The position numbers and the translations under genes are program-made. This document shows positions 38,382 to 48,005 of a DNA stretch of 64,000 bases, piece by piece (positions within the stretch are counted from its first letter, which is position 1; each line of letters begins with the position of its first letter). Source of the stretch: Nocardioides sp. (GTDB taxonomy: Bacteria > Actinomycetota > Actinomycetes > Propionibacteriales > Nocardioidaceae); assembly GCA_025964985.1 (NCBI GenBank), contig JAOPXU010000315.1, positions 22,441 through 86,440 on the forward strand, written 5' to 3'. Under the pieces are notes generated by a model, which saw only the letters and a program-made list of their open reading frames with translations, did not search any database and was not told the origin of the DNA.

Positions 38382-39079
38382 GCTGCACTCCCGAGATAGG
38401 CGCGGACGACGCGCTCGTCGGCGCGCACGGCGGCCGGCTCGCCGGTGGCGATGACCGTGCCGAGGTCGAGGACCGTGATCACGTCGCAGGTGCGGAACAC
38501 CCCGTCGACGTCGTGCTCCACGAGCAGGGCGGCGACGTCGCGCTCGCGGCACAGCTGCCGGATGTGGTCGAGCATCCGGGCGGACTCGTCGGCCACGAGC
38601 CCGGCGCATGGCTCGTCGAGCAGGACGACCCGGGGTTGGCCGATGAGGGCGATGGCGAGGTCGACCGAGCGCTGGGTGCCGTAGGCGATCTCGGAGCAGA
38701 CCCGGTCGAGCAGCGGTCCGAGGTCCAGGGTGTCGACGATGCCGGCCAGGTCGGGCTCGTGGTTCTTGCGAGCCACCAGGTCGAGCTGGTCGCCGACCGT
38801 CATCGAGGCGAAGACGCTCGTGCGCTGGAACGAACGGGACACCCCGTGGGCGCGGCGCCATCGCACCGAGCGCCGGGTGATGTCGGAGCCGTCGAGCAGC
38901 ACCCTGCCCTGGCTGGGCCGGCGCCGGCCGGAGAGCGCGTCGATGAAGGTCGACTTGCCCGCCCCGTTGGGCCCGATCACCCCGTGGACGATGCCCGGCT
39001 CGAGCACGATGTCGACGCCCTGGAGGGCGGCGACCGCGCCGTACTTGACGCCGAGGTCGCGTCCTTCGAAGACCGTCAC
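38378..39079 (-). CDS. Liv-type ABC transporter ATP-binding protein (LivG-like)
   Basis: GPNGAGKST, LLDEPCAG, VEHD, AYLG end. Confidence 0.92.
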   Translation of the reverse strand: MTVFEGRDLGVKYGAVAALQGVDIVLEPGIVHGVIGPNGAGKSTFIDALSGRRRPSQGRVLLDGSDITRRSVRWRRAHGVSRSFQRTSVFASMTVGDQLDLVARKNHEPDLAGIVDTLDLGPLLDRVCSEIAYGTQRSVDLAIALIGQPRVVLLDEPCAGLVADESARMLDHIRQLCRERDVAALLVEHDVDGVFRTCDVITVLDLGTVIATGEPAAVRADERVVRAYLGSAA

Positions 39080-40128
39080 CGCAGGGACCCCTTACGCAGT
39101 CGTTGGTAGCCCTTGCGGGCTGCACCCGTGATGCCACCGGGCATGAAAACCAGCACCACGATGAGCGCGAGGCCGGTGAAGAGGTGCAGGTTGCCCCCGA
39201 AGTTGAGGTTGGCCTGGGCGTAGACGAACAGGAACGTCCCGAGCACCGGTCCGAGCAACGTCCCGAAGCCCCCGATGAGCGCGGCGATGAGGGAGTCCCC
39301 AGCACGGGCGAAACCGAGCACCTCGGGCGAGACGTAGCCCGCGTTGATGGCGAACAACGCACCTCCGAGCGAGGCGACGGCGCCCGACAGCACGAAGGCG
39401 ATGAGCCGCGGCCCGAAGGTGTCGTAGCCCGAGAACCGCATCCGCTCCTCGTTCTCGCGGATGCCCTCGAGCACCCGTCCGAAGCGCGAGCGTCCGGCGA
39501 GCCAGAGCACGACGGCGGCCAGCACTAGGGTGATCCAGACGAAGGGCCAGAACAGGCCCGGGTTCATCACGTCGGCCTGGGACAGGCCGAGGAACGTCTG
39601 ATCGCGGTCGTAGGCGAGCAGCTTGCCGTCGTAGGCGCCGGTGAGCGGGCGCAGGGAGCGTTGCACGCAGAGCTGGTAGAGGGCCTGGGACAGCGCGAGG
39701 GTCAGCATCAAGAACCCGAAGCCGGAGGACCGCACGACCAGCACGCCCATCACCAGCGACACCCCGGTGCCGAACAGGACGGCGAAGCCAACGGCGGCGG
39801 TGGGACTCCAGCCCCAGTTGGTGGTGGCGACGCCGACGGCGTAGGCGGACGCGCCGAAGAACGCGCCGTGGCCGAGGCTGATGAGGCCGAGGTGGCGGGC
39901 CAGGAATCCGATGCCCAGGGCCATCAGGCTGAGGATGCTGGCGTCGATGACCAAGCTCATCCGGTAGGTGTCGGTGACGACGTAGGGCACCCCGAGGCCG
40001 GCGGCCAGGACGACGGCGGACACCCCCAGCCCGATCAGGGTGCCACGGCGAGTGGCCCTCTCGGCGGCGGGCGGCGGGGCGAGGGCGTTGACCTCGTCGG
40101 TGTCGGGGGCCACGGGCGTGGTGGTCAT
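39076..40128 (-). CDS. Liv-type ABC permease (LivM-like)
   Basis: SLGHGAFFG, SRFGRVLEGIRENE, GGFGTLLGP. Confidence 0.9.
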   Translation of the reverse strand: MTTTPVAPDTDEVNALAPPPAAERATRRGTLIGLGVSAVVLAAGLGVPYVVTDTYRMSLVIDASILSLMALGIGFLARHLGLISLGHGAFFGASAYAVGVATTNWGWSPTAAVGFAVLFGTGVSLVMGVLVVRSSGFGFLMLTLALSQALYQLCVQRSLRPLTGAYDGKLLAYDRDQTFLGLSQADVMNPGLFWPFVWITLVLAAVVLWLAGRSRFGRVLEGIRENEERMRFSGYDTFGPRLIAFVLSGAVASLGGALFAINAGYVSPEVLGFARAGDSLIAALIGGFGTLLGPVLGTFLFVYAQANLNFGGNLHLFTGLALIVVLVFMPGGITGAARKGYQRLRKGSLR

Positions 40129-40979
40129 GAGACCCGCTTTCCGGCGAGACCCGTGGGTCGCCACAGCAGTACGACGGTCAGGGCGAGGTAGGGCACGATC
40201 ACGGCGAAGCTGGGTGACCAGACAGTGCTGACGTTCTGGATGATCCCCAGCCCCATGCCGGCGGCCATAGCCCCACCGATGCTGCCGATGCCGCCGATGA
40301 CGACGACGATCAGCACGATGATGAGGAAGGCGTTGCCCATGCCGGGGTCGAGCGAGACGTAGGGCGCCGCGAGGGTGCCGGCCAGGCCGGCGAGAGCGGC
40401 ACCGAGCATCACGACGACCAGGCTGACCCGGTTGACGTCGATGCCCATGATGGCGGCGGTCTCGAGGTCCTGGCTCGCCGCTCGGATGTGCAGGCCGAGC
40501 CGGCTGCGACGCAGCCACCACGTCAGCCCGCCGGCCATGCCGAGGGCGACGACGATCAGCGCGAGGCGGTAGGTCGGGTAGTCGACGCCGAGGAACGACG
40601 TCGTGCCCTGCAGCATGTCGGGCGGGGTGACCCGCAGCGTGCGCTCGCCCCAGACCAGCACCACGACCCGCTCCGCCATCAGGGCCAGGCCGAAGGTGAT
40701 CAGGCCGAGCTCGATGTGCGAGCGGTGCTGCAGCGGTCGGAACACGGTCAGCTCCAGCACGGCGCCGATGAGGGCCAGCGCGAGTGGGACCACGATGAGA
40801 GCCGCCCAGAAGCTGATCTGGTCGGTGACGGTGTAGGCGATGTAGGCCCCGCCCATGTAGAGGGCGCCGTGGGCGAAGTTCGTCACCCCGCGCAGGCCGT
40901 AGATCATGGCCAGGCCGGAGCTGAGCACCATGAGCAGCGACCCCAGGGCCACTCCGTTGAGAACTTGTGCAGCGTTCAC
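40125..40979 (-). CDS. Liv-type ABC permease (LivH-like)
   Basis: NFAHGALYMGG, IRAASQD, VIGGIGSIGG. Confidence 0.92.
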   Translation of the reverse strand: MNAAQVLNGVALGSLLMVLSSGLAMIYGLRGVTNFAHGALYMGGAYIAYTVTDQISFWAALIVVPLALALIGAVLELTVFRPLQHRSHIELGLITFGLALMAERVVVLVWGERTLRVTPPDMLQGTTSFLGVDYPTYRLALIVVALGMAGGLTWWLRRSRLGLHIRAASQDLETAAIMGIDVNRVSLVVVMLGAALAGLAGTLAAPYVSLDPGMGNAFLIIVLIVVVIGGIGSIGGAMAAGMGLGIIQNVSTVWSPSFAVIVPYLALTVVLLWRPTGLAGKRVS

Positions 40980-41000
40980 GGCTGTCGTTCCCTTCCCACG

Positions 41001-41034
41001 AGATGGCGCCCGCCCTGGTGAGCGGGCGCCATCT
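41001..41034. terminator. Intercistronic stem-loop after SBP gene
   Basis: AGATGGCGCCCGC-N8-GCGGGCGCCATCT, 13-bp perfect stem. Confidence 0.6.
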
Positions 41035-41052
41035 GGTGTGCGACGAGCGCGG

Positions 41053-42273
41053 TCAGAACGAGCAGGCCGGGTCGGGCTCGGGGGACGTCACGTCGGGCGT
41101 GGTGTTGGTCAGCACCTCGAAGGCCATGCCGCCCTCGCCCTCGACGACCTCGCCGAGGTAGGAGTCGCGGAGCAGCTGGTTGTCAGCGCCACGCATCGTC
41201 ACCTCACCGGCGATCGTCTCGTAGGTCAGGTCGCCCAAGGCTTCGGCGACGGCGCTCGGGTCGGTGCTGTCGGCCTTGTCGATGCCCGCGAAGAGCGTCT
41301 GGGCTGCGATGTAGGCGTCGGCGGGCACGTAGTAAGGCGCCGTGCCGGTGTCCTCGGTGTAGGCGTCGATGAACTCCTGGTTGAGCTCGTTGTCGACGGC
41401 CCGGTCGTAGCCGACGTTGTTGTAGTAGCCCATGATGCCCTCGCCGAGGACCTCGAAGAGGGGCTCGGAGACCATGTTGAGACCGAGCACGGTGTCCAGC
41501 TGCGCCTCGAGGTTGAACTGCTCGGCCTGCTGCACGAAGGCGACGCCGTCGGCGCCGAACTCGACCGCGAACACGGCGTCTGCGCCGCTGTCCTTGATCT
41601 TGGTGATGTAGGACCCGAAGTCGGTCGTGTTCAGGGGCGCGAACTGCGTGATCACGACCTCCTTGCCGGCCGCCTCGACGGCCGCGGTGAACTCCTCCGC
41701 GGCGCTCTGTCCGGTGGCGTAGTCGACCGCCTGGATGGCCCACTTGTCGCCCGGCAGCTCGGCGAGCGAGGCGGCCAGTGCGGTGATGTCCATGCCGGTG
41801 GTCTGCACGATGTGGAAGGCATTGGGCGAGCACTGCTCGCCGATCAGCGCGTCGTCCTTGCCGAGGCTGTTGAACGACAGCGCGCCGAGGCCCTCGAGCT
41901 GGGCGTTCAGCGCGGCGTGCTCGGGCGAGGTCATGACCGACCCGATGAACTGGGCGCCCTCCTGGGTGACCACCTCTCGGGCCACGCGCAGGGTGGTGGC
42001 CGGGTCGGCGTCGGTGCCCTTGACGACCAGCTCGACCTCGCGGCCGTCGATGCCGCCCTTCTCGTTGATGAGGCGGACGGCGGTCTCCCACCCGGCGGCC
42101 GAGTCGGTACCGAACTGGGCCAGTGCTCCGCTCGTCGGCGGGATGAGCGCGACCTTGATGGGGCCCTCGCCCTCTGCGCCGTCGCCCTCGTTCGAGCTCG
42201 AGCTCGCTGAGCCGCACGCGGCCAGCGCCGTGGTCAGCGTGATGGCTGCCAGTCCCGTGGTCAGTCGCTTCAT
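41053..42273 (-). CDS. ABC substrate-binding lipoprotein (Liv/HAAT type)
   Basis: Signal peptide MKRLTTG with lipobox LAAC; PIKVAL, GGIDGREVEL, DFGSYITKI. Confidence 0.92.
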   Translation of the reverse strand: MKRLTTGLAAITLTTALAACGSASSSSNEGDGAEGEGPIKVALIPPTSGALAQFGTDSAAGWETAVRLINEKGGIDGREVELVVKGTDADPATTLRVAREVVTQEGAQFIGSVMTSPEHAALNAQLEGLGALSFNSLGKDDALIGEQCSPNAFHIVQTTGMDITALAASLAELPGDKWAIQAVDYATGQSAAEEFTAAVEAAGKEVVITQFAPLNTTDFGSYITKIKDSGADAVFAVEFGADGVAFVQQAEQFNLEAQLDTVLGLNMVSEPLFEVLGEGIMGYYNNVGYDRAVDNELNQEFIDAYTEDTGTAPYYVPADAYIAAQTLFAGIDKADSTDPSAVAEALGDLTYETIAGEVTMRGADNQLLRDSYLGEVVEGEGGMAFEVLTNTTPDVTSPEPDPACSF

Positions 42274-42325
42274 GCCTGATGTCCCTCCGGTCGCCCGCAC
42301 CTGACTGGTGTGGTCCAGGTCACGA

Positions 42326-42392
42326 AGTATGGTCTGACCTTTACCGTTATTTCGTCCCACTTAAGGGGCATCTATCTCCCCCTCCTGGGTGA
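42326..42392 (-). promoter_or_regulatory. Activator-type promoter with overlapping FadR operator
   Basis: TCACCCAGGAGGGGGAG-ATAGA-TGCCCCTTAAGTGGGACG-N21-CATACT; TGGTCTGACCT (42330-40) overlaps the -10. Confidence 0.7.
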
Positions 42393-42398
42393 GGCCGG

Positions 42399-43340
42399 TC
42401 ACACCATGGGCCGACGGAGCGCCTCAACCTGTGTCCGCGCCGGGCGGCGTTCACCGCCGACCACCAGCACCACGGCCACGACCACGACACCACCGCCGAG
42501 CACGATCGCCGCGTCGACGGGTTCGCCGAGCACGGCCCAGCCCAGGGCGACGGCCACGACCGGGTTGACGTAGGCGTGGGTGGCGGTCACCGACAGCGAG
42601 ACGTTGCCGAGCAGCCAGACGTAGGCCAGGTAGCCACACACCGAGCACCCGAGCACCAGGAACGCCATCGCCGCCCAACCCCGCGTGCTGAGGGTGAGGT
42701 CGAGGGACTCCCCGCGCGACAGCGCCAGCAGCGCTGAGCAGCATCCCGCCACCACCTGCTGGTAGGCCGCCACCGCGACGAGGTCGCGCGGCATGGCGAG
42801 CACCCCCTGCAGGTAGGAGCCCAGGGTCCAGGTCAGGCTTGCCACGAGGCACAGCAGCACGCCGATCAGGGGCAGCCGGTCGCCCGTGCCGCTGCCCAGC
42901 ACCACCAGCAGGACCAGGCCGCCGAAGCCGACGACGACCCCGGCCACGGTCAGCCCCGCCGGCCGGTCACCGGTCGCGGCCCGCAGCAGCACCGCCCAGA
43001 CCGGCACCGCCGCGACCACGAGAGCTGCGACACCCGAGGGCAGTCCCTCGTGCTGGGCCAGGGCCTGCAGTCCGTTGCCGAGGCCGAGCAGGAGCACGCC
43101 CGTCACGACCACGACACCCACCTGGGGCCGGGTGAGGCGCAGCACGCGCCAGCCGCGGCGGGCCACCGCGACGACCCCGAGCACCAGGCCGGCCAGCAGG
43201 AACCGGACGGCCATCGCCTGGAACGGTGCGACCTCGTCGATCACGAGCCGGATCGCCAGGTAGACCGAACCCCACAGCACCCACACGGCGACCAGGCAGA
43301 CCACCAGCAGCCGGGTGTCGCGGTGGGTGGCTTCAGCCAC
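42399..43340 (-). CDS. EamA/DMT family transporter
   Basis: About 10 TM; VWVLWGSVYLAI, AYVNPVVAVALG. Confidence 0.9.
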   Translation of the reverse strand: MAEATHRDTRLLVVCLVAVWVLWGSVYLAIRLVIDEVAPFQAMAVRFLLAGLVLGVVAVARRGWRVLRLTRPQVGVVVVTGVLLLGLGNGLQALAQHEGLPSGVAALVVAAVPVWAVLLRAATGDRPAGLTVAGVVVGFGGLVLLVVLGSGTGDRLPLIGVLLCLVASLTWTLGSYLQGVLAMPRDLVAVAAYQQVVAGCCSALLALSRGESLDLTLSTRGWAAMAFLVLGCSVCGYLAYVWLLGNVSLSVTATHAYVNPVVAVALGWAVLGEPVDAAIVLGGGVVVVAVVLVVGGERRPARTQVEALRRPMV

Positions 43341-43346
43341 CGCGCG

Positions 43347-44123
43347 TCACGCGAACCTGGGCGCTCGCTTGGCGACGAAAGCCGCGATGCCCTCGGCGGC
43401 CTCGCCGTGCTCGAAGAGGCGCTGCTCCTGCTGGGCCTCGAACGCCAGGCCCTGCTCCATCGGCAGCTCGAACGCCGCGTCGACGGAGCGGACGACGGCC
43501 AGCTGGGCCGGCAGGGAGGAGCGCGTCAGTCCGATCGCCAGCTCCAGGGCGGCCTCGACGACGTCGCCGTCGGTGACGCGGTCGACCAGGCCGATCTCCA
43601 GGGCCTCGGCGGTGCCGACCTGACGGGCGGTGAGCATCATGTCGAGGGCGCGGCCGCGGCCGACGAGCCTTGGCAGTCGCTGGGTCCCCCCGGCACCGGG
43701 GATCAGCCCGAGCCGAACCTCGGGCAGACCCAGCTGGGCACGCGGGCCGGCCACCCGCAGGGTGCAGGCCATGGCGAGCTCGAGCCCACCGCCGAGCGCG
43801 AGCCCGTCGATGGCGGCCACCGAGATCCACGGCGCCGCCGCGAGACGGTCGTTGACCGCACGCATCTGGGTCCCGTAGGCCAGGAACGACTCGGCGTCGA
43901 TGGTCGACATGTGCTTGATGTCGGCGCCGGCGGCGAAGAACCCGTCGAGCAGGGAGCGCACCACCATCACCTTGACGTCGCCGGCGTCCTCGGCGGCGCC
44001 GATGGCATCGTGCATGCCCTGGAGCAGAGGGATGCCCAGTGCGTTGGCGGGAGGTCGCTCCAGGGTCACCAGGGTGATGCCGGGCGCGTGGGTGGTCCAG
44101 GTGACCACGGGGGTGTCGGGCAT
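43347..44123 (-). CDS. Enoyl-CoA hydratase (canonical two-Glu crotonase)
   Basis: FAAGADI, GGGLELA, GLPEVRLGLIPGAGGTQRL. Confidence 0.92.
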   Translation of the reverse strand: MPDTPVVTWTTHAPGITLVTLERPPANALGIPLLQGMHDAIGAAEDAGDVKVMVVRSLLDGFFAAGADIKHMSTIDAESFLAYGTQMRAVNDRLAAAPWISVAAIDGLALGGGLELAMACTLRVAGPRAQLGLPEVRLGLIPGAGGTQRLPRLVGRGRALDMMLTARQVGTAEALEIGLVDRVTDGDVVEAALELAIGLTRSSLPAQLAVVRSVDAAFELPMEQGLAFEAQQEQRLFEHGEAAEGIAAFVAKRAPRFA

Positions 44124-44145
44124 GGGGGCTCCTTCGGGCGGCCGC

Positions 44146-44982
44146 TCAGGGGCGGCGGGGGAATGTCGAGAAGTCGGGGGTCTGCCGGGCCTTGAACGAC
44201 TCACGTCCCTCGCGGGCCTCGTCGGTGCCGTAGAAAAGCAGGTTGGCGTCGTGGGCGAGCTGCTGGATACCGGCGTAGCCGTCCTCGTGGGCGTGGAAGC
44301 TGAGCTTGGACATCCGCAGCGCCCGGGGGGACAGCGCGAGCATCTCCCGGCACCAGCGCACCGTCTCGGCCTCGAGGTCGGCCAACGGCACCACGGTGTT
44401 GACCAGCCCCATCTCGAGGGCCTGCGCGGCGTCGTACTGCCGGCACAGGAACCAGATCTCCTTGGCCTTCTTGGGTCCGACGAGGTCGGAGAGGATGCTG
44501 GAGCCGTAGCCGCCGTCGAACGAGCCGACCCTGGGGCCGACCTGGCCGAAGACCGCGTTGTCGGCGGCGATCGTCAGGTCGCAGACCAGGTGGAGCACGT
44601 GGCCGCCGCCGATGGCCCACCCGGCCACCATGGCGACGATGGGCTTGGGGCAGCGACGCATCGCGACGTGGAGGTCGGTGACGTGGAAGCGTCCGGTGGC
44701 GGCGTCGTCGAGCTGGTAGCCACTGTCGCCGCGGACCCGCTGGTCGCCACCGGCGCAGAAGGCCCCGTCGCCCGCCCCGGTCAGGATGATCGCGCCGACG
44801 CGCTCGTCCTCGCGGGCGAGCTTGAGGGCGCGGTCGACCTCGACCAAGGTCTGGGGGCGGAAGGCGTTGTGCACCTCGGGTCGGTCGATCGTGATCTTGG
44901 CGATGCCGTCGTCGGTGGTCTCGTAGCGGATGTCGGTCCACTCACCGGTGGCGGTCCACGGGGTCGGGTCGTCGTCGGTCAT
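44146..44982 (-). CDS. menB: MenB-like crotonase (DHNA-CoA synthase family) in catabolic context
   Basis: [55 protein letters not shown] closely resemble E. coli-type MenB. Confidence 0.8.
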   Translation of the reverse strand: MTDDDPTPWTATGEWTDIRYETTDDGIAKITIDRPEVHNAFRPQTLVEVDRALKLAREDERVGAIILTGAGDGAFCAGGDQRVRGDSGYQLDDAATGRFHVTDLHVAMRRCPKPIVAMVAGWAIGGGHVLHLVCDLTIAADNAVFGQVGPRVGSFDGGYGSSILSDLVGPKKAKEIWFLCRQYDAAQALEMGLVNTVVPLADLEAETVRWCREMLALSPRALRMSKLSFHAHEDGYAGIQQLAHDANLLFYGTDEAREGRESFKARQTPDFSTFPRRP

Positions 44983-44990
44983 GGTGGCGC

Positions 44991-45752
44991 TCAGGCCATC
45001 GTCAGGCCGCCGCTGACCGACAGCGTCTGCCCGGTGACGAAGCCGGCCCCGTCGGAGGCGAAGAACGCGACGGCCGGACCGACGTCCTCGGGGGTCCCGA
45101 GGCGCTTCATCGGCACCGCGCTTGTCATGCCGGCGATGACCTTCTCGGCGTCGCCGCCACCGGCACCGTCGGCGAACTTGCGCAGCGCGGGGGTGTCGGT
45201 CGGGCCGGGGCAGACCGTGTTGGCCGTGACGCCCTTGCGTGCGACCTCGCGGGCCAACGTCTTGGTGAAGGCGATGATGCCGCCCTTGGCCCCGGAGTAG
45301 ACGGCCTCCATCGAGGAGCCCACCCGGCCGGCGTCCGAGCCGATGTTGACGATGCGGCCGAACCCGCGCTCCATCATGCCGGGGGCGGTGGCGTGGATGA
45401 CGCGCAGCGCGCCCTTGTAGTTGATGTCGAGGATCTTGTCCCAGAACTCCTCGGTGGTCTTGACGAAGGGCATGAAGTCGTCCCAGCCGGCGTTGTTGAC
45501 CACGACCTCGATGGGACCGAGCTCGGCCTCGATGGTCGCAACGGCTGCCTTGACCGACTCGGTCGACGTCACGTCGATCTCCACTGCGATGGCCTCGCCG
45601 CCGGACGCGATGATCTGCTCGGCGGTCTCCTCGGCGACCGCGAAGTTGAGGTCGGCGACCGCGACCCGGAAGCCCTCTCGGCCCAGCGTGGTGGCGATGC
45701 CCTTGCCGATGCCCTGGGCACCTCCGGTGACCAGTGCGACGCGGTTGCTCAT
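44991..45752 (-). CDS. badH: SDR, 2-hydroxycyclohexanecarboxyl-CoA dehydrogenase (BadH-like)
   Basis: [35 protein letters not shown] are BadH-subfamily motifs. Confidence 0.8.
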   Translation of the reverse strand: MSNRVALVTGGAQGIGKGIATTLGREGFRVAVADLNFAVAEETAEQIIASGGEAIAVEIDVTSTESVKAAVATIEAELGPIEVVVNNAGWDDFMPFVKTTEEFWDKILDINYKGALRVIHATAPGMMERGFGRIVNIGSDAGRVGSSMEAVYSGAKGGIIAFTKTLAREVARKGVTANTVCPGPTDTPALRKFADGAGGGDAEKVIAGMTSAVPMKRLGTPEDVGPAVAFFASDGAGFVTGQTLSVSGGLTMA

Positions 45753-45800
45753 GACTCTCCTAGCGATGGTGGGTGCGCACGCGGATGACGTGCGCAGGGG

Positions 45801-46754
45801 TCAGACGGACGGGGACCAGATGACGGGCCCGGCCACGATCGAGTGGCTCGTGAGCTTGCGGCCGAGGGTGGCCTGCGCCTCGGCGGCGGCCTCGATGATG
45901 CGCTCGAGATCGAGACCGGTGTCGACACCCATCTCGTGGAACATCGAGACGAGGTCCTCGGTCGCGATGTTGCCGGTCGATCCCGCCGGTACCGGGCAGC
46001 CGCCCAGCTCCCCGAAGCTCGACTCGAAGCTCGTGCAGCCGGCCTCGAGCGCGGCGTAGGCGTTGGCCAGGCCCTGGCCGCGGGTGTTGTGGAAGTGAGC
46101 GGTGATCTCGACGCCAGGAAGGCGCTCGATCGCCGCGGCGAAGAAGCGTGAGGCGTACGCCGGGTTGCACATGCCGGTCGTGTCACCGAAGCCGATCTCG
46201 GTCGCCCCGGCCTCGGCGAACTGCTCGGCGATGTCGAGGACGCGGTCCATCTCGATCCTGCCCTCGAAGGGGCAGCCGAACGAGGTCGCGATCACCGAGC
46301 AGAAGGTGAGGTCCTCGGCGAGGATGCGCTTGCCCATGGCCGAGACGTCGGTCATCGTCTCTTCGATCGTGCGGTTGATGTTGCGCTTGTTGTGGGTCTG
46401 CGACGCAGAGACGAACAGCGTCGCCTCCTCGAAGTACTCGCGCTCGTCCAAGGCGTTGTCGAGGCCTCGGCTGTTGGGGACGAGCACCATCCGCGCGACG
46501 TCGTCGGGCACGTCGATGGCGTGCAGGACCTGGACGCCGTCGGAGAGCTGCGGTATGACGTCGGGCCTGACGAAGCTCGCCACCTCGATGCGCTTGAAAC
46601 CCGCGCGTCCGAGCGAATTGATCAGGCGCACCTTGTCGGCGGTGGGGATCGTCTCGGGCTCGTTCTGGAACCCGTCGCGGGGTCCCACCTCGCGCACGTG
46701 GACGGTTCGGGTCTCGCCCCCGTTGGCGTTGGGGAAGCGGTGCAGGTCGACCAT
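45801..46754 (-). CDS. Hydroxymethylglutaryl-CoA lyase family protein
   Basis: REVGPRDGFQNE, FGCPFEG, HFHNTRG, GLGGCP-like ELGGCP, GNIATED. Confidence 0.92.
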   Translation of the reverse strand: MVDLHRFPNANGGETRTVHVREVGPRDGFQNEPETIPTADKVRLINSLGRAGFKRIEVASFVRPDVIPQLSDGVQVLHAIDVPDDVARMVLVPNSRGLDNALDEREYFEEATLFVSASQTHNKRNINRTIEETMTDVSAMGKRILAEDLTFCSVIATSFGCPFEGRIEMDRVLDIAEQFAEAGATEIGFGDTTGMCNPAYASRFFAAAIERLPGVEITAHFHNTRGQGLANAYAALEAGCTSFESSFGELGGCPVPAGSTGNIATEDLVSMFHEMGVDTGLDLERIIEAAAEAQATLGRKLTSHSIVAGPVIWSPSV

Positions 46755-47998
46755 CAGAACTCCTCATCGGCGAGGCTGCGTTGCAGCCACTCGCGGTGCT
46801 CGGGGGCGGCGACCTCGATCAGCCGCAGCGCGCGTTCAGCGACGGTGCAGCCGGTCAGCATGGCCACCCCGTGCTCGGTGACGACCGCGTCGACGTCGAC
46901 GCGGGCGGTGGTGACGACGCCGCCCCGCAAGGACGGGACGATCGTGGACTCGGCGTCCTCGCCGGCGCCGCGGGTCGAGCGCAGCGCGATCACCGAGCGG
47001 GACCCGGTGAGCGACGCGGCGCGGCTGAAGTCGACCTGGCCGCCGACGGCGCCGATCTGCACGCCGCGGGCCATCTCGGCCCCGACCTGGCCGAGCAGGT
47101 CGACCTCGAGCGCCGAGTTGAGCGAGACCAGCGAGCGCAGCTCCGACAGGACCTTGGGCGCGTGCGTGTAGGACGCGGCGCGGAACTCGACGGGGTACTC
47201 GTGCAGGCGCTCGTAGGCCTGGGCGGTGCACAGCGCGGCGCCGGTGATGACGAGCCCGGCATCGATCTCCTTGCGGGCACCGGTGATCACACCCTTGTCG
47301 ACCAGTGCGAGCACGCCGTCGGTCATCATCCCGCTGTGGAAGCCGAGGTCGCGGTGGCCCGACAACGCCATCAGCACCGCGTCGGGCAGGGTGCCGACTC
47401 CGATCTGCACGGTCGACCCGTCGTCGACGATCGAGGCGACGTGGCCGGCGATCGCGTCGTCGACCTGGTCGGGGGTGCCTACGGGCCCTTCCGGAAGCGC
47501 CCGGTCGGTCTCGATGTAGGCGGCGAACGCGCTCATCGGCAGGAGCGGACCGCCGACGGTGCGTGGCATCCGCTGGTTGACCTCGGCGATGAGGGTGCGG
47601 GTGTGCGGGATCGCGTCGGCGACGTACTCGACACCGGTGCCGAGGGTGACCATTCCGGAGGAGTCGGGCGGGCTGACCTGCACCAGGCCGACGTCGTTGG
47701 GCAGCTGGCCGGTGGCGAACATCCGCGGCAGCGCCGAGTAGTGGCACGGGACGACGTCGAGGCGTCCGTGGCGGCTGAGCTGCCGGAGCCGGCCCAGGCC
47801 GCCGTAGGACACCACGGTCAGCTGGTCGGGCAGGTCGCCGGAGAGGCGGTGGTTCCAGGTCAACCCGGAGAAGGCGCGGATCGGACCGATGGAGTCGACG
47901 GCGTCGAGCACCTGGTCGACCAGGGGCGTCGGCTCTGCGCCTCCCTGGCCCCACCACACCCCGTCGCCGGGGTGGAGGAACGATCCGACGTCGATCAC
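46754..47998 (-). CDS. Acetyl-CoA hydrolase/CoA-transferase (4-hydroxybutyrate CoA-transferase type)
   Basis: QIGVGTLP, SALEVDLLGQV, GGQVDF, VVTEHG. Confidence 0.88.
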   Translation of the reverse strand: MIDVGSFLHPGDGVWWGQGGAEPTPLVDQVLDAVDSIGPIRAFSGLTWNHRLSGDLPDQLTVVSYGGLGRLRQLSRHGRLDVVPCHYSALPRMFATGQLPNDVGLVQVSPPDSSGMVTLGTGVEYVADAIPHTRTLIAEVNQRMPRTVGGPLLPMSAFAAYIETDRALPEGPVGTPDQVDDAIAGHVASIVDDGSTVQIGVGTLPDAVLMALSGHRDLGFHSGMMTDGVLALVDKGVITGARKEIDAGLVITGAALCTAQAYERLHEYPVEFRAASYTHAPKVLSELRSLVSLNSALEVDLLGQVGAEMARGVQIGAVGGQVDFSRAASLTGSRSVIALRSTRGAGEDAESTIVPSLRGGVVTTARVDVDAVVTEHGVAMLTGCTVAERALRLIEVAAPEHREWLQRSLADEEF

Positions 47999-48005
47999 GG
48001 TCGCC

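Noticed and set aside
44146-44982. Menaquinone biosynthesis cluster
   Set aside because: No menA/C/D/E/F/H genes nearby; the context is catabolic
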